Origin: an uncultured Oscillospiraceae bacterium
GTDB taxonomy: Bacteria > Bacillota > Clostridia > Oscillospirales > Oscillospiraceae
Reading direction: 5' to 3'
NCBI GenBank assembly: GCA_947632175.1
Contig: CANROC010000014.1
Coordinates: 25,918 to 89,917 of the forward strand
DNA: 64,000 nt
The notes beneath the pieces are model-generated. The model saw nothing but the letters and a program-made list of their open reading frames with translations. It had not been told where the DNA came from and ran no database searches. This document shows positions 40,903 through 51,903 of the stretch, piece after piece. The translations under genes were made by a program, and so were the position numbers. Position 1 is the first letter of the stretch; each line of letters starts with the position of its first letter.

Positions 40903-42549
40903 TTATGCTTTTTCAAGAAGTGAAAAGTTGATTTTTCCGTTATCTGTTCTCGGCAAGGGGCCAGCGGTATATTCGATATAACCCGGGCAAGCGCTTTCTC
41001 CAAGCGTTGAAGAAACTAGCTCGTAAATTCTCTTTTCTAACGCCTCTTTATTGCAGGAATCGTCCTTAACAAATAAATGATATTTGGGAAGATATTGCTT
41101 CTTCTGGTCCGGAACCTTTGTTACAGCCGCTTCCACAATTTCATCCATTTTAAGCAAAATGCTCTCAATCTGCTCGGGATAAATATTATCAACCCCGCAA
41201 ACGAAATTTCGCTTTTTTCTTCCTACGTAAACAAATTCACCGTTATTTTTTCTAATTGCAATATCTCCTGTGTTATACCATTTCACCCCATTCGCATCAA
41301 AGAAAAATGCCTTTCTTGTTTCTTCCTCGTTTTCGTGGTATTGAGACATGACACCGGGACCGGATATGAGAAGAAGTCCCTCGTTCCCGTTGGGCAACAT
41401 CTGGAATGTATGCGGATCTACAATTATTGCAGATACAAAGGGGATCGGGTAGCCTATTGTTCCAGGTGTGTTTTTCCCATCCATGCAGACGTGGGTTGGA
41501 GCCCATGTCTCTGTTAACCCCAGTCCGTCACCTATACCGACTCTGCACCCTGCCAACTTTAAGGCATTGTTTGCTGCAATTCTGTTTTCCGTCTTAAATT
41601 GTTCACCCCCGGATAGGGCCTGTATCAGGAAAGACAAATCGCTTGTTTCCAGCCGTTTATCATCTATCAGGGCCTCCCAGTGGGCAGGACCACCCATAGC
41701 CCCGTTTGCGCGTGTGCGAATTATCTCATCTAGGAATTTGTTTGGGAGCATATCCAGAGTTAACGCATATTCAAGATTCTTACATAACGCATAATGCAAG
41801 ACAAGCCGCCCAAAGGCCATGTGCGCCATTGGGATATTCCCAAGATGAATCATTCCGGGTTCAAGAATTAAAACGTGGTCGAGAGCTTTTACGACGCAGT
41901 TTAATCCGTTTCCAATTAGATCGACACCCTTGTGAATGCCGGTAGAGCCACCTGTAAACAAAATATCTGTTATTGCATTTGACTTATAAACTCCATACTC
42001 GACCTCATGGAACTTTTCCTTTTCAACCAGTGCAACAAGATTGCCCTTTTTCGATTCAGCGGTGACTTTATGCCCTCCATCCTCCATAATGATCGGTAGT
42101 GTATATAGAGAGGTCGTTTCCTTTGTGTCTATTGCCTCATCTAAAAGGAAAAATAGCGGTTCTGATACGATTACGGCTTTTGGCCTTGAAATGCCCAAAT
42201 CTATCCTCATCTTATATACATTATTCAGCGGACTGAGACCGACAACAATGGCGCCTAATTTGATCAGCCCATACAATGTAAAAACGCCCTCCGGTGTATT
42301 GAGCAGGCACACGCCCACTTTATCTCCTTGATGAATGCCAAGGGAAAACAAAGTACGCGCATATTCATCTATTTTTCGGTGCAACTCCCCATAGGTTATC
42401 CTTCTGTTATAGAAGGATAAGGCAATATGATCCATATAGCCGTAATTTCTGTGCAAAAGGAAATCATATTGCGATTCATCGGGCAAGACATCTTCTTTTT
42501 CAATGTTGGCGTCGTAGTAGTCAATAAATTTTGCGGTCTTATTTTCCAT
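40903..42549 (-). CDS. ANL-superfamily adenylate-forming enzyme (acyl/aryl-CoA ligase-like), orphan
   Basis: 548 aa with core motifs FTGGSTGIHKG, GLTE, YNTGD and GRKKRNF. It sits in a visibly AT-rich stretch. Confidence 0.85.
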   Translation of the reverse strand: MENKTAKFIDYYDANIEKEDVLPDESQYDFLLHRNYGYMDHIALSFYNRRITYGELHRKIDEYARTLFSLGIHQGDKVGVCLLNTPEGVFTLYGLIKLGAIVVGLSPLNNVYKMRIDLGISRPKAVIVSEPLFFLLDEAIDTKETTSLYTLPIIMEDGGHKVTAESKKGNLVALVEKEKFHEVEYGVYKSNAITDILFTGGSTGIHKGVDLIGNGLNCVVKALDHVLILEPGMIHLGNIPMAHMAFGRLVLHYALCKNLEYALTLDMLPNKFLDEIIRTRANGAMGGPAHWEALIDDKRLETSDLSFLIQALSGGEQFKTENRIAANNALKLAGCRVGIGDGLGLTETWAPTHVCMDGKNTPGTIGYPIPFVSAIIVDPHTFQMLPNGNEGLLLISGPGVMSQYHENEEETRKAFFFDANGVKWYNTGDIAIRKNNGEFVYVGRKKRNFVCGVDNIYPEQIESILLKMDEIVEAAVTKVPDQKKQYLPKYHLFVKDDSCNKEALEKRIYELVSSTLGESACPGYIEYTAGPLPRTDNGKINFSLLEKA

Positions 42550-42715
42550 AATTACTTCCCCCTGTAAGTTTTTCCCGTAACGTATTTTTGTAAATGTGAG
42601 GTCTACTCAACCGCTGAATGTCTTATGACTATAATAATATAGTTGTAAGACACTATATTATTATAATATACAAAAACCGCCTCTGTCAAGATAAACTATA
42701 GTAGAGGTGGTCAAA

Positions 42716-42910
42716 ATGTCTGAAGAAATACGGATCAAGAAGAAATATCCCAAGAAGGGGGACGACGGGTATAAAATCGTCTCTGTCAGAATGAGGGACG
42801 AGCTTATTGAAAGGCTGGATCTTCTCTCGGCACAATCGAACCGCTCCCGAAATGAACTTATCAACATTCTCTTGGAGGCGGCGGTTGAAATCGTGAAGAT
42901 TGACGACTGA
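42716..42910 (+). CDS. ribbon-helix-helix (CopG-like) DNA-binding protein
   Basis: KIVSVRMRDELIERLDLLSAQSNRSRNELINILLE. ATG 42716 lies 6 nt after AGAGGTGG. Confidence 0.8.
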   Translation: MSEEIRIKKKYPKKGDDGYKIVSVRMRDELIERLDLLSAQSNRSRNELINILLEAAVEIVKIDD

Positions 42911-42990
42911 ACGGATTTCGAAAACTTAAAATAGCACAAAAGCGCCCCGGGGCTTTCGCTCCGGGGCGCGGTCGTGCTTTTTGGGGGAAC

Positions 42991-44121
<1,131 letters not shown>

Positions 44122-44317
44122 TCATTTCCGTCATATTTTTCTTCAAAACCATGGACGGAGGAGGACCTCCCGGAAAACAGACGGCTTGCATCTTGGCCCG
44201 ATATCTGTTATGATAACAGTATTCGAGGAAAACGCCGTTTTTTCGGGCGGTTTTTTGGGCCGGCAGGCGCATAGAATAGGCGCAGGGAGAGGAGCTGCCC
44301 CGGTGGGCAGGAGAGGT

Positions 44318-45379
44318 ATGGAAGAATTGAGAGAACCGTTTTTTGATTTTCTGGACGCCCAGCCCACCGCGGTCTTTGCCGTGGAGGACGGGAGGGTCGT
44401 ACACGTCAATCCCGCCGGGCTGTGCCTTGCGCCGGACGCCCTGGGCGGCGACGCCGGGGCGCTCTTTGGGGAAGAGCTGGCCCGGCCCGGCCTGGCGGCC
44501 CGGGTCCCCTGGCGGGGGCTGGACGCCAGGGGGGAGGACCTGGGGAGGCTGCGGCTCATCACCGCCGCCGCGGACGGCCTGCCCCTGTGGGAGGACCGGG
44601 CGCTTTTGAACGACGTGACCGTCGGGCTTCGGGAGAAGCTGAGCGTGGAGCTCTACCAGCTTATGGAGCTGGAGAAAAAGGCCCGCGAGGCCGGGGATAT
44701 CGGCGCCATCCGAGACCTGGCGTCCATGGACAGGCGCCTGTGCCAGGCGCTCCGGATCGTCCGGAACCTGGGCCGGCTTTGCGGCGACGGGGACAACAGG
44801 CCAAGGCTTGCCGGCCTGGAGCTGGGCGCGATGGTGCGGGATCTCCTCGCCACGGTGGCGTATTTCTGCAAGGGCCGGGGCGTGGAGCTGGAGCTCGACT
44901 GCCCCCAGCCCGTGGAGCTCATGGGGGACCGGCGGCTTCTGGAGATCATGGTCATGGAGCTCATCGTCAATGCGGTCAAGCACACCGCCTCCGGCGGGAA
45001 GGTGTCCGTTTCCGTAGGCGTCTCCGCCGGTTTGGCGGTGATCCGCGTCGCCAACGGCGGCACGGACCGCGACAACGCGCGCCTGAAGGACCTGGAGGAC
45101 CGCTTCGACATCCCCGCCCCGGCGCTGGACCCGGAAGCCGGCGCGGGCCTGGGCCTCCAGGTGAGCCGCCGCATGGCCGCCCTCCACGGCGGGGCCGTCA
45201 TCCTCCAGACCCTCCCGGACGGCTCCGGCACCGCCGCCACCGCCGCCCTCCCCATCCGTCCCCCCGAGGACGATATCCTCGCTGAGCCCATCGAGACCGG
45301 CAGCACCGCCTTCGACCTCCTCATCGACCTCTCCGACATCGCCGACGCCTCCGTCTACGAGCTGCGCGAAACGCTGTAA
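44318..45379 (+). CDS. histidine-kinase-like ATPase (HATPase_c) protein, soluble, no recognisable H-box
   Basis: N box ELIVNAVKH and G boxes GAGLGLQV in the C-terminal half. No TM. No His in the predicted dimerisation region. The start is uncertain (ATG 44318). Confidence 0.65.
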   Translation: MEELREPFFDFLDAQPTAVFAVEDGRVVHVNPAGLCLAPDALGGDAGALFGEELARPGLAARVPWRGLDARGEDLGRLRLITAAADGLPLWEDRALLNDVTVGLREKLSVELYQLMELEKKAREAGDIGAIRDLASMDRRLCQALRIVRNLGRLCGDGDNRPRLAGLELGAMVRDLLATVAYFCKGRGVELELDCPQPVELMGDRRLLEIMVMELIVNAVKHTASGGKVSVSVGVSAGLAVIRVANGGTDRDNARLKDLEDRFDIPAPALDPEAGAGLGLQVSRRMAALHGGAVILQTLPDGSGTAATAALPIRPPEDDILAEPIETGSTAFDLLIDLSDIADASVYELRETL

Positions 45380-45844
45380 CCAAAAGCCGGCGCCCCCGCG
45401 GCGCTTTTTTATTTCCCCCACCCTCCATAGGCACGGTCGCCCCCTTGGGAGGGGGTCCCTCCTTTAGCCCCTCCCTCTGGGAGGGCTCCCTCCTTTAGCC
45501 CCTCCCTCTGGGAGGGGGCAGGGGGTGGGAGCGAGGATTTGCCAGCGCAGTTATCCCACGCTCGCTTCCCCCCCTGCCCCCCTCCTACGAGGAGGGGGCG
45601 AAAAAGGTTGCGCCTGCGGCGCAGGCTTGAATTTGCCCGCTGCGGCGGGGACGGGGGACGAAAGACGGGGGAACTTCCGGTGAACGAAACTTACTACGTG
45701 CGGGCCGCCAGGACTGCGCCCGCAGGCGCGCATCACGAGCGCAACCGCCGCGTAGCGGCGGCTCTTAGCGCGGAGATGTGGCGGCCCCTACAAGGTGTGT
45801 TGTCGCAACGGTTCCGGAAATTCGCGCCAGCCTCCGACACGGAG

Positions 45845-46600
45845 CCCCCTCCTCGTAGGAGGGGGGGCAGGGGGGAAGCGAGCGTTGGATGACAGAGCGG
45901 TTCCAACAAACCGCACCAGCCCAAATTATGCCGTACGGGCCGCTGCCCACAGCGGCCCCACGTTGCAGGGCTCGGATTGCCCCCGATAAAAGCCGTAGGG
46001 GTCGCCGTCCCCGGCGACCCGCGTTTCGACAACCACCAATGTCGGTTGAATGGGATAACCTCTCGCATTCCCCGTAGGGGCAGACCCATGTGTTCGCCCG
46101 TGCAACGTTGCGGAACGGGGACGGTTTCGATAAATCGCACCCGCTCCCGTCTTAGTGCCCCCTCCTCGTAGGAGGGGGGCAGGGGGGCAGCGAACGTTGG
46201 ATGACAGAGCGGTTCCGGAAAATCGGACCAGCCCAAATTATGCCGTACGGGCCGCCGCCCACAGCGGCCCCACGTTGCAGGGCTCGGATTGCCCCCGATA
46301 AACGCCGTAGGGGTCGCCGTCCTCGGCGACCCGCGTTCCGATAACCTCCGATGTCGGTTGAATGGGATAACATCCCATATCCCCCGTAGGGGCGGACCCA
46401 TGTGTCCGCCCGTGGCTACGTTGCGGGACGGGGACGGTTCCGATAAATCGCACCCGCTCCCGTCTTAGTGCCCCCTCCTCGTAGGAGGGGGGCAGGGGGG
46501 AAGCGAACGTTGGATAACAGAGCGGTTCCAACAAGCCGCACCAGCCCAAATTACGCCGTAGGGGCCGCCACTCCTGGCGGCCCGTGACCACGTTGTATTA
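45845..46600 (+). repeat. tandem repeat, period 313 bp, about 2.4 copies
   Basis: The unit starts ccccctcctcgtaggagg at 45845, 46158 and 46471. Copies 1 and 2 are near-identical by eye, and copy 3 diverges after about 90 bp. Confidence 0.85.
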
Positions 46601-46822
46601 CGGAAACGGTTCCGATAAAACGGTACATGTCGGTCAACGAAAAAGGGCCGCCGTGGGCCTGCGCCCGCAGGCGCGCATCACAGCGCAACCGCCGCGCAGC
46701 GGCGGCTCTTGGCGCGGAGATGCGGCCCGTACGGCGTTGTTCGGAACGGGTCGATAGTCGATGGGCGGGTCGCCGAGGATGGCGACCCCTACATATTTTT
46801 GCTTTCGAATACTAAAAAATAC

Positions 46823-46851
46823 TTGACAAATTACTCATTTTGTGGTATAAT
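46823..46851 (+). promoter_or_regulatory. promoter-bearing repeat module copy b
   Basis: TTGACA, 17 nt spacer, tggTATAAT. It points toward the 3' end of the convergent tsf gene. Confidence 0.55.
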
Positions 46852-46985
46852 ACGCACATCAGAAGAAAGCGGCGCACAGTGTGACAGCAGGAAGACCTCC
46901 GGGAAAAGCCCGCAGGCTTTTCCCGGAGGTCTTCCGCGCGTTCCCTGTTGCATTTGAAGGCCGCAACGCGGCCTTCAAAGCCAGC

Positions 46986-47900
46986 TTACTTCACTAATTT
47001 CGCCACTTCGGCGGCCAGGTCGTCCTGGCGCTTTTCGATGCCCTCGCCCTTTTCGAAGCGGACGGCGTCCACGAATCTGATGGTGCCGCCCAGGGCCTTG
47101 GCGGAATTGGCGATATACTTCTCCACGGTGACGGAGTTGTCCTTGACGAACTCCTGCTGGAGGAGGCAGTTCTCGGCGTAGAACTTGTTGAGCTTGCCCA
47201 TGACGATGCGCTCGCGGACCTGCTCGGGCTTATTGGCCATGGAGGGGTCGTTGGCCATCTGGGCCATCATGATCTTCTTTTCCTCGTCCAGAACGTCCTG
47301 GGTGACCTGGGACTTATCCCAGAAGCGGGGGTTGAGGGCCGCGATCTGCATGGCGGCGTCCTTGCCCACGGCCTCCACCTGCTCAGCGGGCAGGTCGGTG
47401 TCCAGGTTGACCAGCACGCCGATCTTGCCGCCCATGTGGACGTAAGGGACGGAGACGCCGGTGGCGAAGCGGGCGAAGCGGCGGACGTTGATGTTCTCGC
47501 CGATGACCAGGACCTTCTCGTTCTGGGCCTCCTTGACGGTGAGGTCGGAGCCGGGGTATTGGCAAGCCATGAGGGCGTCCAGATCCGCGGGGCCGTCCTT
47601 GGCGACGACGGCGGCGATCTGGTGGACATAGTCCACGAACACGTCGTTCTTGGCCACGAAGTCGGACTCGGCGTTGACCTCCACGCACACGCCCACGCCG
47701 TCCACTACGGTGGCGTAGGCCACGCCCTCGGCGGCGATGCGGCCGGCCTTCTTTTGGGCGGCGGCAAGGCCCTTCTCACGCAGCCATTCCACGGCCTTGT
47801 CGATATCGCCGTCGGTGGCGGCCAGGGCCTTCTTGCAGTCCATCATGCCGACGCCGGTCATCTCGCGAAGATTCTTTACATCAGCGGCAGTGATTGCCAT
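46986..47900 (-). CDS. tsf: translation elongation factor Ts
   Basis: MAITAADVKNLREMTGVGMMDCKKAL... Confidence 0.97.
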   Translation of the reverse strand: MAITAADVKNLREMTGVGMMDCKKALAATDGDIDKAVEWLREKGLAAAQKKAGRIAAEGVAYATVVDGVGVCVEVNAESDFVAKNDVFVDYVHQIAAVVAKDGPADLDALMACQYPGSDLTVKEAQNEKVLVIGENINVRRFARFATGVSVPYVHMGGKIGVLVNLDTDLPAEQVEAVGKDAAMQIAALNPRFWDKSQVTQDVLDEEKKIMMAQMANDPSMANKPEQVRERIVMGKLNKFYAENCLLQQEFVKDNSVTVEKYIANSAKALGGTIRFVDAVRFEKGEGIEKRQDDLAAEVAKLVK

Positions 47901-47940
47901 AATCAGTTCCTCCTATATATTCTTACGGTTAAAAATCAGC

Positions 47941-48681
47941 TCACTCAGCGGCGCTCTCGGTCTCGGCCTCAGCCTCGGCCTTGGCGGCCTCGGCGTCCTC
48001 GCCCTGACGGCCCTCCTGGACGGCGTTGGCCATGGTGGAGGCGATGAGGCGAATGGCGCGGATGGCGTCGTCGTTGCCGGGGATCACGTAGTCCACCTCG
48101 TCGGGGTCGCAGTTGGTGTCCACGATGGCGACGATGGGGATGCCAAGCTTCCGGGCCTCGGCAATGGCGTTGCGCTCCTTGCGGGGATCGACGATGAAGA
48201 GGGCGGAGGGGAGCTTGCTCATCTCCTTGACGCCGCCGAGATACTTCTCGAGCTTAGCCATCTCGCCCAGGTGCTTCATGACCTCCTTCTTGGGGAGCAT
48301 GTCGAAGGTGCCGTCCTCCTGCATCTTCTTGAGCTGCGCCAGCCTGTCCACGCGGGTGCGCATGGTCTTGAAGTTGGTGAGCATACCGCCCAGCCACCGG
48401 GCGTTGACGTAGTACATGCCCACGCGCTCGGCCTCCTCGCGCATGGCGTCCTGGGCCTGCTTCTTGGTGCCCACGAAGAGGACGGTGCCGCCGTTCTCGC
48501 TAAGCTCACGCACGAAGTTGTAAGCCTCCTCCAGCTTCTTCACGGTCTTCGCAAGGTCGATGATGTAGATGCCGTTGCGCTCCATGTAGATGTAGGGGGC
48601 CATCTTGGGGTTCCACCTGCGGGTCTGGTGGCCGAAATGCACGCCGGCCTCCAGAAGCTGTTTCATTGATACGACTGCCAT
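47941..48681 (-). CDS. rpsB: 30S ribosomal protein S2
   Basis: [30 protein letters not shown] 48681 lies 8 nt after AAGGAGA. Confidence 0.96.
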   Translation of the reverse strand: MAVVSMKQLLEAGVHFGHQTRRWNPKMAPYIYMERNGIYIIDLAKTVKKLEEAYNFVRELSENGGTVLFVGTKKQAQDAMREEAERVGMYYVNARWLGGMLTNFKTMRTRVDRLAQLKKMQEDGTFDMLPKKEVMKHLGEMAKLEKYLGGVKEMSKLPSALFIVDPRKERNAIAEARKLGIPIVAIVDTNCDPDEVDYVIPGNDDAIRAIRLIASTMANAVQEGRQGEDAEAAKAEAEAETESAAE

Positions 48682-48799
48682 TTGTTTGTTCTCCTTTTCC
48701 ATTTAGTTCTTACCTCCACGGCTATCCACCCGAACGCCAACCGTCGGCACAGACGTCCGGTCCCTCCGTGTGCGTAATACCCCGTTTTGGGGCTTTAGC

Positions 48800-48828
48800 A
48801 TTATACCAGAGCTTTTCCCGGATTGCAA
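48800..48828 (-). promoter_or_regulatory. rpsB-tsf promoter
   Basis: Minus strand TTGCAA, 17 nt spacer, tggTATAAT, followed by a leader of about 110 nt. Confidence 0.6.
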
Positions 48829-48856
48829 GGATTATTTTGCGCTTTTCCCGATTTTT

Positions 48857-50392
48857 TCAGTCAAAAAACCGCTCCGCCTTGTCCCGGATGCCCTCCTTGA
48901 AGGCCGCCAGCGTCTCGTCCGTCTCGGCGATCCAGTAGGGACGTGCCTCGGGGCGGTCGGGCTTGGACTCGTCGTAGTCGGCCTGGTCGAACCAGACGGC
49001 GGCCTTGATGCGGCCGTAGCGGGGAAGCTCCCGGAACATGTCCCGGATCCAGCCGGGCTTGTCCCCGCCCACGGAGGAGGAGGCGAACTCCGTGATCATC
49101 CAGGGAAAGTCCCCGAAGATCGCCCCGTACTTCTCCTCGATATCCTCGTAGATCTCGTCGAAGTCCCGCCAGTCCTCGCCGGTGACGTCCTTATAATAGG
49201 TCCCCGTGTTGTAGCCGGTGACGCCCAACATGTGGACGTACCCGTTGCCGGGGTAGTACGCGAGGAACGAGTTCCAGCCGGCCGGCGGGAAGTCCCGGTC
49301 GTTGGGGTTCCAGACCCAGATGAGGTTATGGACGCCCCGGCTTTCAAAGAAGTCATAGATATACCGCCACACGGCGACAAAGAGGTCGGGGTCCGAGAGA
49401 TTCACCGCGCCGGAATAACTCGTCCAGTCGGAGTTCATCTCGTTGTTGAACCGGAAAAGCACCGGGCGGCCGAAGGCGGCGAGCCCGTCGGCCAGGGAGG
49501 CGAGGACCCCGTCGTACTCCCCGCGCAGGATGCCCAGCATGGGGGACGGGGCGCACAGGTCGGAGTTGTTGTTGACGGTACACTGGAGCGTCAGCTCCGT
49601 CAGCTTCCCCTGGGCGTACCACGCCTCCAGCTTGTCCAGCGGCAGGGGCTCGCTGAGCTGGATGTAGGTGAGGGCAAGGGCGAAGTCGTGGTCCAGCCGC
49701 TCCTCGACGGCCCCCACGTCCCGGCTGTAGACCCCGAAATACGGCTCCTTCGCGGCGCAAAGCCGGTCGTAGGCGTCCCGCGTCTCCCGGGACCAGTCCG
49801 CGGGCAGGACGGGGGCGAAGTCCGTCTCCAGCCGCTTCTTCTCCAAGGTCACCCGCGGGCGGAAGTCCGCGGCGAACGCCGCCACCGCCCGTTCCGCCTC
49901 CTCCGCGCGGGCGCTGTCATATTTGAACATCGCCCGGAGGAAGTAGCGGGTACCGGGGACGTCCCTGGTGACATAGACGTAGGTGTCCGCCATGCCCTCC
50001 GGCAGGGCGTCCACGGTCACGGTGAGCGCCCGGCAGTCCCCGATCTCCTCGTCCCGCAGGACGGCGGCGCCGTTGGCGGCCTGCCACGCCGGGTCCCGGA
50101 CGAAGCGGTCAAAGGACTCCGCGATGTACGTCCGCTTATTGAGATAGGGCGAGCGCTCCACGGAGATGACCGCTTTCAGGTAACCGTTCTCCGCCACGGT
50201 GTACGCCGCGCTCCGGGACTCGTCCACCCGCATATCAGCTGGAAGATTCTCCCCCCCTCGCCAGCTCAGATGGTCCCCCACGATCCCGAAGGCGTCGTAA
50301 AAGAAGACGAACCCATAAACGCCGGCCGCGACCACCAGAGTGACCGCGGCGATGAGAAATCCGATGAAAATTTTCTTTCTCTTTTGTTTCAT
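48857..50392 (-). CDS. membrane-anchored glycoside hydrolase family 26-like protein
   Basis: N-terminal TM. C-terminal half has ..VLFRFNNEMNSDW.., ..LIWVWNPN.. and ..WMITEFAS.. (GH26-type acid/base and nucleophile contexts). Confidence 0.6.
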   Translation of the reverse strand: MKQKRKKIFIGFLIAAVTLVVAAGVYGFVFFYDAFGIVGDHLSWRGGENLPADMRVDESRSAAYTVAENGYLKAVISVERSPYLNKRTYIAESFDRFVRDPAWQAANGAAVLRDEEIGDCRALTVTVDALPEGMADTYVYVTRDVPGTRYFLRAMFKYDSARAEEAERAVAAFAADFRPRVTLEKKRLETDFAPVLPADWSRETRDAYDRLCAAKEPYFGVYSRDVGAVEERLDHDFALALTYIQLSEPLPLDKLEAWYAQGKLTELTLQCTVNNNSDLCAPSPMLGILRGEYDGVLASLADGLAAFGRPVLFRFNNEMNSDWTSYSGAVNLSDPDLFVAVWRYIYDFFESRGVHNLIWVWNPNDRDFPPAGWNSFLAYYPGNGYVHMLGVTGYNTGTYYKDVTGEDWRDFDEIYEDIEEKYGAIFGDFPWMITEFASSSVGGDKPGWIRDMFRELPRYGRIKAAVWFDQADYDESKPDRPEARPYWIAETDETLAAFKEGIRDKAERFFD

Positions 50393-50404
50393 ATCCGTTT
50401 TCGT

Positions 50405-50698
50405 CTATTTGTATTGCGTCCCGCGGCCGCCGGGCCGGGGCTTTTTCTCCCGGGTCTCCACCCGGTCCTCCTCCACCAGGATGATGTCGTCCCCGATGCG
50501 GCGAATGGCGTCCCAGGGGATGACGATGTCGTCCTTCTGCCCGAAAAGCCCCAGCACCTTGTAGGGCCCCGGCACCACCAGCGCCGTCATCTGCCCGGTG
50601 GAGACGTTGAAGACCCCGTCGGACACATACCCCAGCCGCACGCCGGTATTGACGTTGATGACCTCCTTATACCGAAGGTCCCCGATCCTTTGATCCAT
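50405..50698 (-). CDS. YlmC/YmxH family sporulation protein (PRC barrel)
   Basis: ...[23 protein letters not shown]....G....L.VPG... Confidence 0.85.
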   Translation of the reverse strand: MDQRIGDLRYKEVINVNTGVRLGYVSDGVFNVSTGQMTALVVPGPYKVLGLFGQKDDIVIPWDAIRRIGDDIILVEEDRVETREKKPRPGGRGTQYK

Positions 50699-50759
50699 GC
50701 CCTCCCCTCCCTTTGTGGGAGGATATGCGCCGAAGATCTGTTCCAGAACCCCCGCCGCC

Positions 50760-51899
50760 TCAGTTCAGGAAGTCCTTGAGCTTCTTGCTCCGGGACGGAT
50801 GCCGCAGCTTGCGGAGGGCCTTGGCCTCGATCTGGCGGATGCGCTCACGGGTGACGTTGAACTCCCGGCCCACCTCCTCCAGGGTACGGGTACGGCCGTC
50901 CACGATGCCGAAGCGAAGCTCCAGGACCTTCTTCTCCCGGGGCGTCAGCGTCTCCAGCACCTCCATGAGCTGCTCCTTGAGGAGGGTGAAGCTGGCGGCC
51001 TCCGCCGGCTCGCTGGCGGCCTCGTCCTCGATGAAATCGCCGAGGTGGCTGTCCTCCTCCTCGCCGATGGGCGTCTCCAGGCTCACCGGCTCCTGGGCGA
51101 TCTTCAGGATGTCCCGGACCTTGTCCACGGGCATATCCATCTCCGCGGCGATCTCGTCCGGGGAGGGATCGTGGCCCAGCTCCTGGAGGAGCTGGCGGGA
51201 AACCCTAATGACCTTGTTGATGGTCTCCACCATGTGGACCGGGATGCGGATGGTCCGCGCCTGGTCGGCGATAGCCCTGGTGATGGCCTGACGGATCCAC
51301 CAGGTGGCGTAGGTGGAGAACTTGTAGCCCTTCTGGTAGTTGAACTTCTCCACCGCCTTGATGAGGCCCAAATTGCCCTCCTGGATGAGGTCTAAAAACA
51401 GCATTCCCCGCCCCACGTACCGCTTGGCGATGGAGACGACCAGCCGGAGGTTGGCCTCCGCCATGCGCTTTTTGGCCTCCTGGTCGCCCTCGGCCATGCG
51501 GCGGGCCAGGTCCATCTCCTCCTCCGGGGTCAGGAGGGCCACCTTGCCGATCTCCTTGAGGTACATGCGCACCGGGTCGTCGATGGCGAAGGAATCCGAC
51601 AGCGCGTCGGTGCTCTCCAGCTCCTCCCGGGTGATCTCGTCGATGTCGTCCAGGTCCTCCAGGCTCACGTCGATGTCCTCTAAGAGCTCCAGAGCCTCCT
51701 CGTCGGTGGTCTCCACTCCCAGGGACTCCAGCCGCTCGTAAAACTTATCGACGGTCTCCGGGTCCAGGTTCATGCTGTCCAGGACGCTCAGCTCCTTGGA
51801 GGTCAGGGATCCCTTTTTCTGTCCCTCCTTGATGAGCGCCTCCAGCTTGTCGAGGTTCGCCTGCTGGGTGTCTTTGACAACGTTGTTTTTTTCTTCCAT
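50760..51899 (-). CDS. rpoD: RNA polymerase primary sigma factor
   Basis: Regions 1.2 to 4 are present (..YLKEIG.., [35 protein letters not shown]). ATG 51899 lies 8 nt after GGAGG; the track start is a TTG. Confidence 0.96.
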   Translation of the reverse strand: MEEKNNVVKDTQQANLDKLEALIKEGQKKGSLTSKELSVLDSMNLDPETVDKFYERLESLGVETTDEEALELLEDIDVSLEDLDDIDEITREELESTDALSDSFAIDDPVRMYLKEIGKVALLTPEEEMDLARRMAEGDQEAKKRMAEANLRLVVSIAKRYVGRGMLFLDLIQEGNLGLIKAVEKFNYQKGYKFSTYATWWIRQAITRAIADQARTIRIPVHMVETINKVIRVSRQLLQELGHDPSPDEIAAEMDMPVDKVRDILKIAQEPVSLETPIGEEEDSHLGDFIEDEAASEPAEAASFTLLKEQLMEVLETLTPREKKVLELRFGIVDGRTRTLEEVGREFNVTRERIRQIEAKALRKLRHPSRSKKLKDFLN

Positions 51900-51903
51900 G
51901 TTT

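Larger units (their letters stand above)
45385..46870. repeat. 1.5-kb non-coding repeat region (largest cluster of the family)
   Basis: No credible CDS. It is built from the same hairpin units as the other clusters. Confidence 0.75.

Noticed and set aside
42645-42653. The 9-mer GTAAGACAC in the RHH/ANL spacer, identical to the recombinase-associated octamer repeat.
   Set aside because: It is a single 9-mer, not the tandem arrangement. One chance occurrence of a 9-mer on either strand of 64 kb is roughly expected, and here it forms part of a local palindrome.
45385-46870. Possible CRISPR array, or protein-coding repeats such as ORF 45733-46401(-), 222 aa.
   Set aside because: The repeat period is 313 bp with no short unique spacers, no cas genes are nearby, and the units are imperfect palindromes. 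The ORFs are repeat-derived, with no start context and the same peptide in several frames or loci.
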